Assembly (NCBI GenBank): GCA_964609035.1
Contig: CAZSQL010000003.1
Location: forward strand, 4,058 to 68,057
Source: an uncultured Candidatus Peribacteria bacterium
GTDB lineage: Bacteria; Patescibacteriota; Gracilibacteria; Absconditabacterales; Absconditicoccaceae
DNA: 64,000 bases
Direction of reading: 5' to 3'
Shown: piece by piece, positions 60,990-64,000 of the stretch
Position numbering within the stretch: the first letter of the stretch is position 1
Layout: the number at the start of each line of letters is the position of its first letter
The notes under the pieces: model-generated
What the model was told of the DNA's origin: nothing
The model's input: the letters and a program-made list of their open reading frames with translations, nothing else
Database searches by the model: none
Translations under genes and position numbers: made by a program

Positions 60990-61497
60990 TGTAAGGGCGA
61001 TTAGTAATCGCCCCTATTTTATGGCTTTCCGATTTGACGAACTGCATACACCAGCAAAGAAAGATTTTATTTAGTCCACCTCCTATTGCATACACGTTGT
61101 CATTGCGCGAACGTAAGGAGTTCACGACACTTTGGGAAACCTGCGAAACAATCTGAACTAACGCCTACATTTTATCGACTATTTTTACTCTTGTCTTGCA
61201 GGCACGAATTTTTACCAATCCTTTGGTTGGCGAATTCGCGCCCACATCATTTTTTTATATTAAAAACATCTTGATTTGTAGGGAACGCTCGCGCCTGCCT
61301 GCCGGCAAAGGCAGGAGCGTTCCCTACATAAAAAAAACTTTTTGTCGTAAGGGCGATTAATAATCGCCCCTACCTCGTTTTATTTTATTAAATTATACTC
61401 TTTGGAAAAAAATATAATAAAAATGTAAGGAACGGTCGCGACCGTTCCCTACAAAATACATTATTTGTTGTAAGGGCGATTACTAATCGCCCCTACA
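60990..61497. repeat. Cluster of GC-rich REP-like hairpins (locus 2)
   Basis: Five hairpins of the form TGTA(A/G)GG-[GC palindrome]-CC(C)CTACA at 60990, 61277, 61347, 61424 and 61469. Also a degenerate copy (61090-61250) of the 27940-28075 unit. Confidence 0.75.
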
Positions 61498-61533
61498 ACA
61501 AACCTTATAACTTTCAACTTGATAACTTTAGTA

Positions 61534-62670
61534 CTATTTCTTATGGTCCACAGACAACCACCTAAATATCAATATAAAAGACATCAAACCAAACAACAAC
61601 CATCCTAAAACAGCAAAAACAGAAAATCACACTTTTTCTTCAACTTTTTTTTCAACAACAGTATCATCCAATCAAGCTAAATCGCTACAACTAAGTCTTT
61701 TATTTATAGACAATATAATATTTTTTACATCTTGCTCAGCCAATAGATAATTTTCTTTGAGCCAATCACATTCAGCTTTAGATCATTGATAATATTTTTC
61801 CTTATTTACAAGTTTTCTAAATTGAACCGGATCTATTTCATTCAAAAGATTTAACCCAGTAGATGTATAAAAAACAAAATCTTTGTTTGTTATATTTGAC
61901 TTTCCATAAACTTGTTTGTCATGCACCTCAATATTTAATAATATCTCAGAACCCAATGGCAATCGGTTATCTGGATATATTGTCAAATTATTTCCACTCC
62001 ATTCATGCTCTATATTTGATAAATCGTATTTTATATCATCTATAGTAAAATAAATTTTGTCTTTATTGATTCATTTTCATAAATCATAAATATCAAAAAT
62101 AAAGTGAGAATCCAAAGCTACATACTCTCCAGTTTTTAAAATTGGGAACAATAATTCAACAGTAGGGGCTATAATATCTGGTTCACATTCAGGTACTTTT
62201 GCAAACATAAAATCATAAGATTTATTTAACTCTACCATATTACTTTTTGTATCCAAAACATAGCTTCCAGTAGAAAATCTAAGACTAGTAGATATCAAGC
62301 TAGACTCAACCTTAAAAAACAATTTAAAAACAACTTTTTGTAAACCAGAGTCTTGAGTTTTTAGTTTATTGAAAATAATTTTATTTTCCTCAACAACATA
62401 AGTTAAGTTATTTTCTTTTTCTCATTCTGGCAAAACTTTTAATATTTCAACTTCATTTCAATTGTATTCCAATATTGCATTTACTCAAACCACATTTGAA
62501 TAATTTAAAGAAAAAACGACATCCAATTGATTTTCACATCATGCATGAAATTTGTCTGATGGTTGGAATCTCTCAGAACTATAGATAGGATTTAAATTAA
62601 CTTGTGCAATAGTATAAGAAAAAAACAATACACAAGCAAACAAAGACAAAAATATATTAAATTTTTTCAT
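61534..62670 (-). CDS. Hypothetical secreted protein with C-terminal TM anchor
   Basis: 378 aa. Signal peptide MKKFNIFLSLFACVLFF, C-terminal FSVFAVLGWLLFGLMSFILIF. Three same-frame pieces. Confidence 0.55.
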
Positions 62671-62787
62671 TTTTTAAAAATCAATATAAAACAACTAATT
62701 TGTATTTAATATTTATCAAAAAATTATCAAGAGAAAAATAAAAGAAAAATAAAAGATAGTCAATAAAATTGACTACCTTTTAAGAAA

Positions 62788-63048
62788 TTATCTTATTAAA
62801 ATTGTTTTTTCTTGCTGTTTAAAAGTTACAACAATACCTTCTTGTCTCAACATTGCCCTCACATCTCTCCTAATGTTATGTTGAGAATTTTTCCCTGGAT
62901 CTACTAGCAGTCTTTTACTACAGCAATCTAAACACATCTTATTTCCACCCAAAAATAAACTTTCAGGCATTTGTACGATAATTTTTCCATCTTTTTTATC
63001 AACCACTTCAACATAAAATGGTTGCACACCCTTTAATTGTTCGTTCAT
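62788..63048 (-). CDS. Hypothetical small protein
   Basis: Intact 86-aa ORF (ATG to TAA) with a CxxCC cluster. No family recognised. Confidence 0.4.
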   Translation of the reverse strand: MNEQLKGVQPFYVEVVDKKDGKIIVQMPESLFLGGNKMCLDCCSKRLLVDPGKNSQHNIRRDVRAMLRQEGIVVTFKQQEKTILIR

Positions 63049-63377
63049 TTTTTAATTTTTTTTGTTAGACTTTTTTTAGCAAGTACAAATTATACAAAAC
63101 AAACAAAAAAAATCAAGATAAACTTGACTTTAATAAATACTTTTATTATAAGCTAAGTAATACATTTAAATACAAAAAAATCAAAAATGAACCAAGACAA
63201 ACAACAAGAAATAAAAAAAACTATAGACAATCCTATCACACAAAACATGAAACCATGACAAGCAGCACTGACTTCTGCAATTTCCAAACCATGACAAAAA
63301 AAAGTAGATTCAAATCAAATCACTACATGACTGGATAAATGGGAAAGTAAGTTAGCAGAAAAAAGAAAGCCAGAAAA

Positions 63378-63872
63378 TTAGTATTTCACATAGTATATTC
63401 ACACTACAAACAATATTATAACCAACATTATTATAACTTTTAAAAGTTTTGCCAAAAAGGAGCAAAGCTTTATTTTTTTTGCAAATTTTTTGATCTTCAA
63501 CCAATTTTCACTTGGTATTATTTTTTTTCAAAAATCTATCTCAATTTCTTTTATAGCATTTACTATTAGCTTATGATTTGATATATAAGATGGATTTTTG
63601 TTTTCAAAAATTTTATTGATAATTTTCAAAGAATCACTTGTTCAAGTCTGATAATTGTATCATGAAACAATATAAAAAATATTATCATACTCATAAATTA
63701 ATTTTTGTTTATTTTTTAGTAGTTTTCACTTCAATAATTTGATAAATATTGATCCAAAAATCAAAACAAAGACTAAAACAAGTATCATTATCAAAATCAA
63801 TTGAGAATTAATCAATCACAATCAAAAAATATTATCAATATATCAAACTAAATTATTCCAAAACTCATACAT
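63378..63872 (-). CDS. Hypothetical membrane protein
   Basis: 164 aa with TGA as Gly. TM helices LILIMILVLVFVLIFGSIF and VIIMLVIILFVV. Confidence 0.35.
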
Positions 63873-64000
63873 TTGTAATCTATCAAAAATAAAAGTGCTT
63901 CAAAATATTTTTTCAATCTACAATTACTGGCACAAAATTTCTCCAAAAAATAGGGATTTTATTGTTGATACAATATTTACTCCAAGACTTAGAGCTAATT

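Overview
Very AT-rich bacterial chromosomal segment. It is almost certainly from the Gracilibacteria/Absconditabacteria (BD1-5/SR1) branch of the Candidate Phyla Radiation. The supplied standard-code ORF track is shattered because in-frame TGA is a sense codon here. Reading TGA as Gly (translation table 25) restores about 65 full-length genes, which I translated by hand, so boundaries may be off by a few codons. CGA and CGG also fall repeatedly on invariant Trp positions, while conserved Arg uses AGA/AGG/CGT/CGC, which suggests a second reassignment (CGA/CGG to Trp). Core content: a glycosyltransferase cluster, ABC-F, pyruvate kinase, the CPR-type AMP-salvage set (two AMP phosphorylase paralogs, ribose-1,5-bisphosphate isomerase, form II/III-like RuBisCO), a P-type ATPase, tmRNA, a DEAD-box helicase, cdd, LemA, HtpX, ValRS, ThyA, ComM, ComF, a Xer recombinase and ArfB. 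Accessory content: a complete diversity-generating retroelement (target gene with C-terminal VR, TR, RT, Avd) sits next to an AbiEi/AbiEii toxin-antitoxin pair. That block is bracketed by about 19-nt direct repeats and by members of a covarying structured-element family of unknown class. A MazG-like gene and a GIY-YIG/DUF2075 gene follow tmRNA. The window is also unusually rich in non-coding structure: GC-rich REP-like hairpin clusters with GTAG/CTAC-type feet, a recurring CCCCGCA-GWAT-TGCGGGG hairpin, phased TTGNAAC word arrays with dyad symmetry, a tripartite element upstream of three genes, and palindromic repeats inserted in frame inside the ATPase and helicase genes. I recognised no rRNA, tRNA, CRISPR array or phage structural module.
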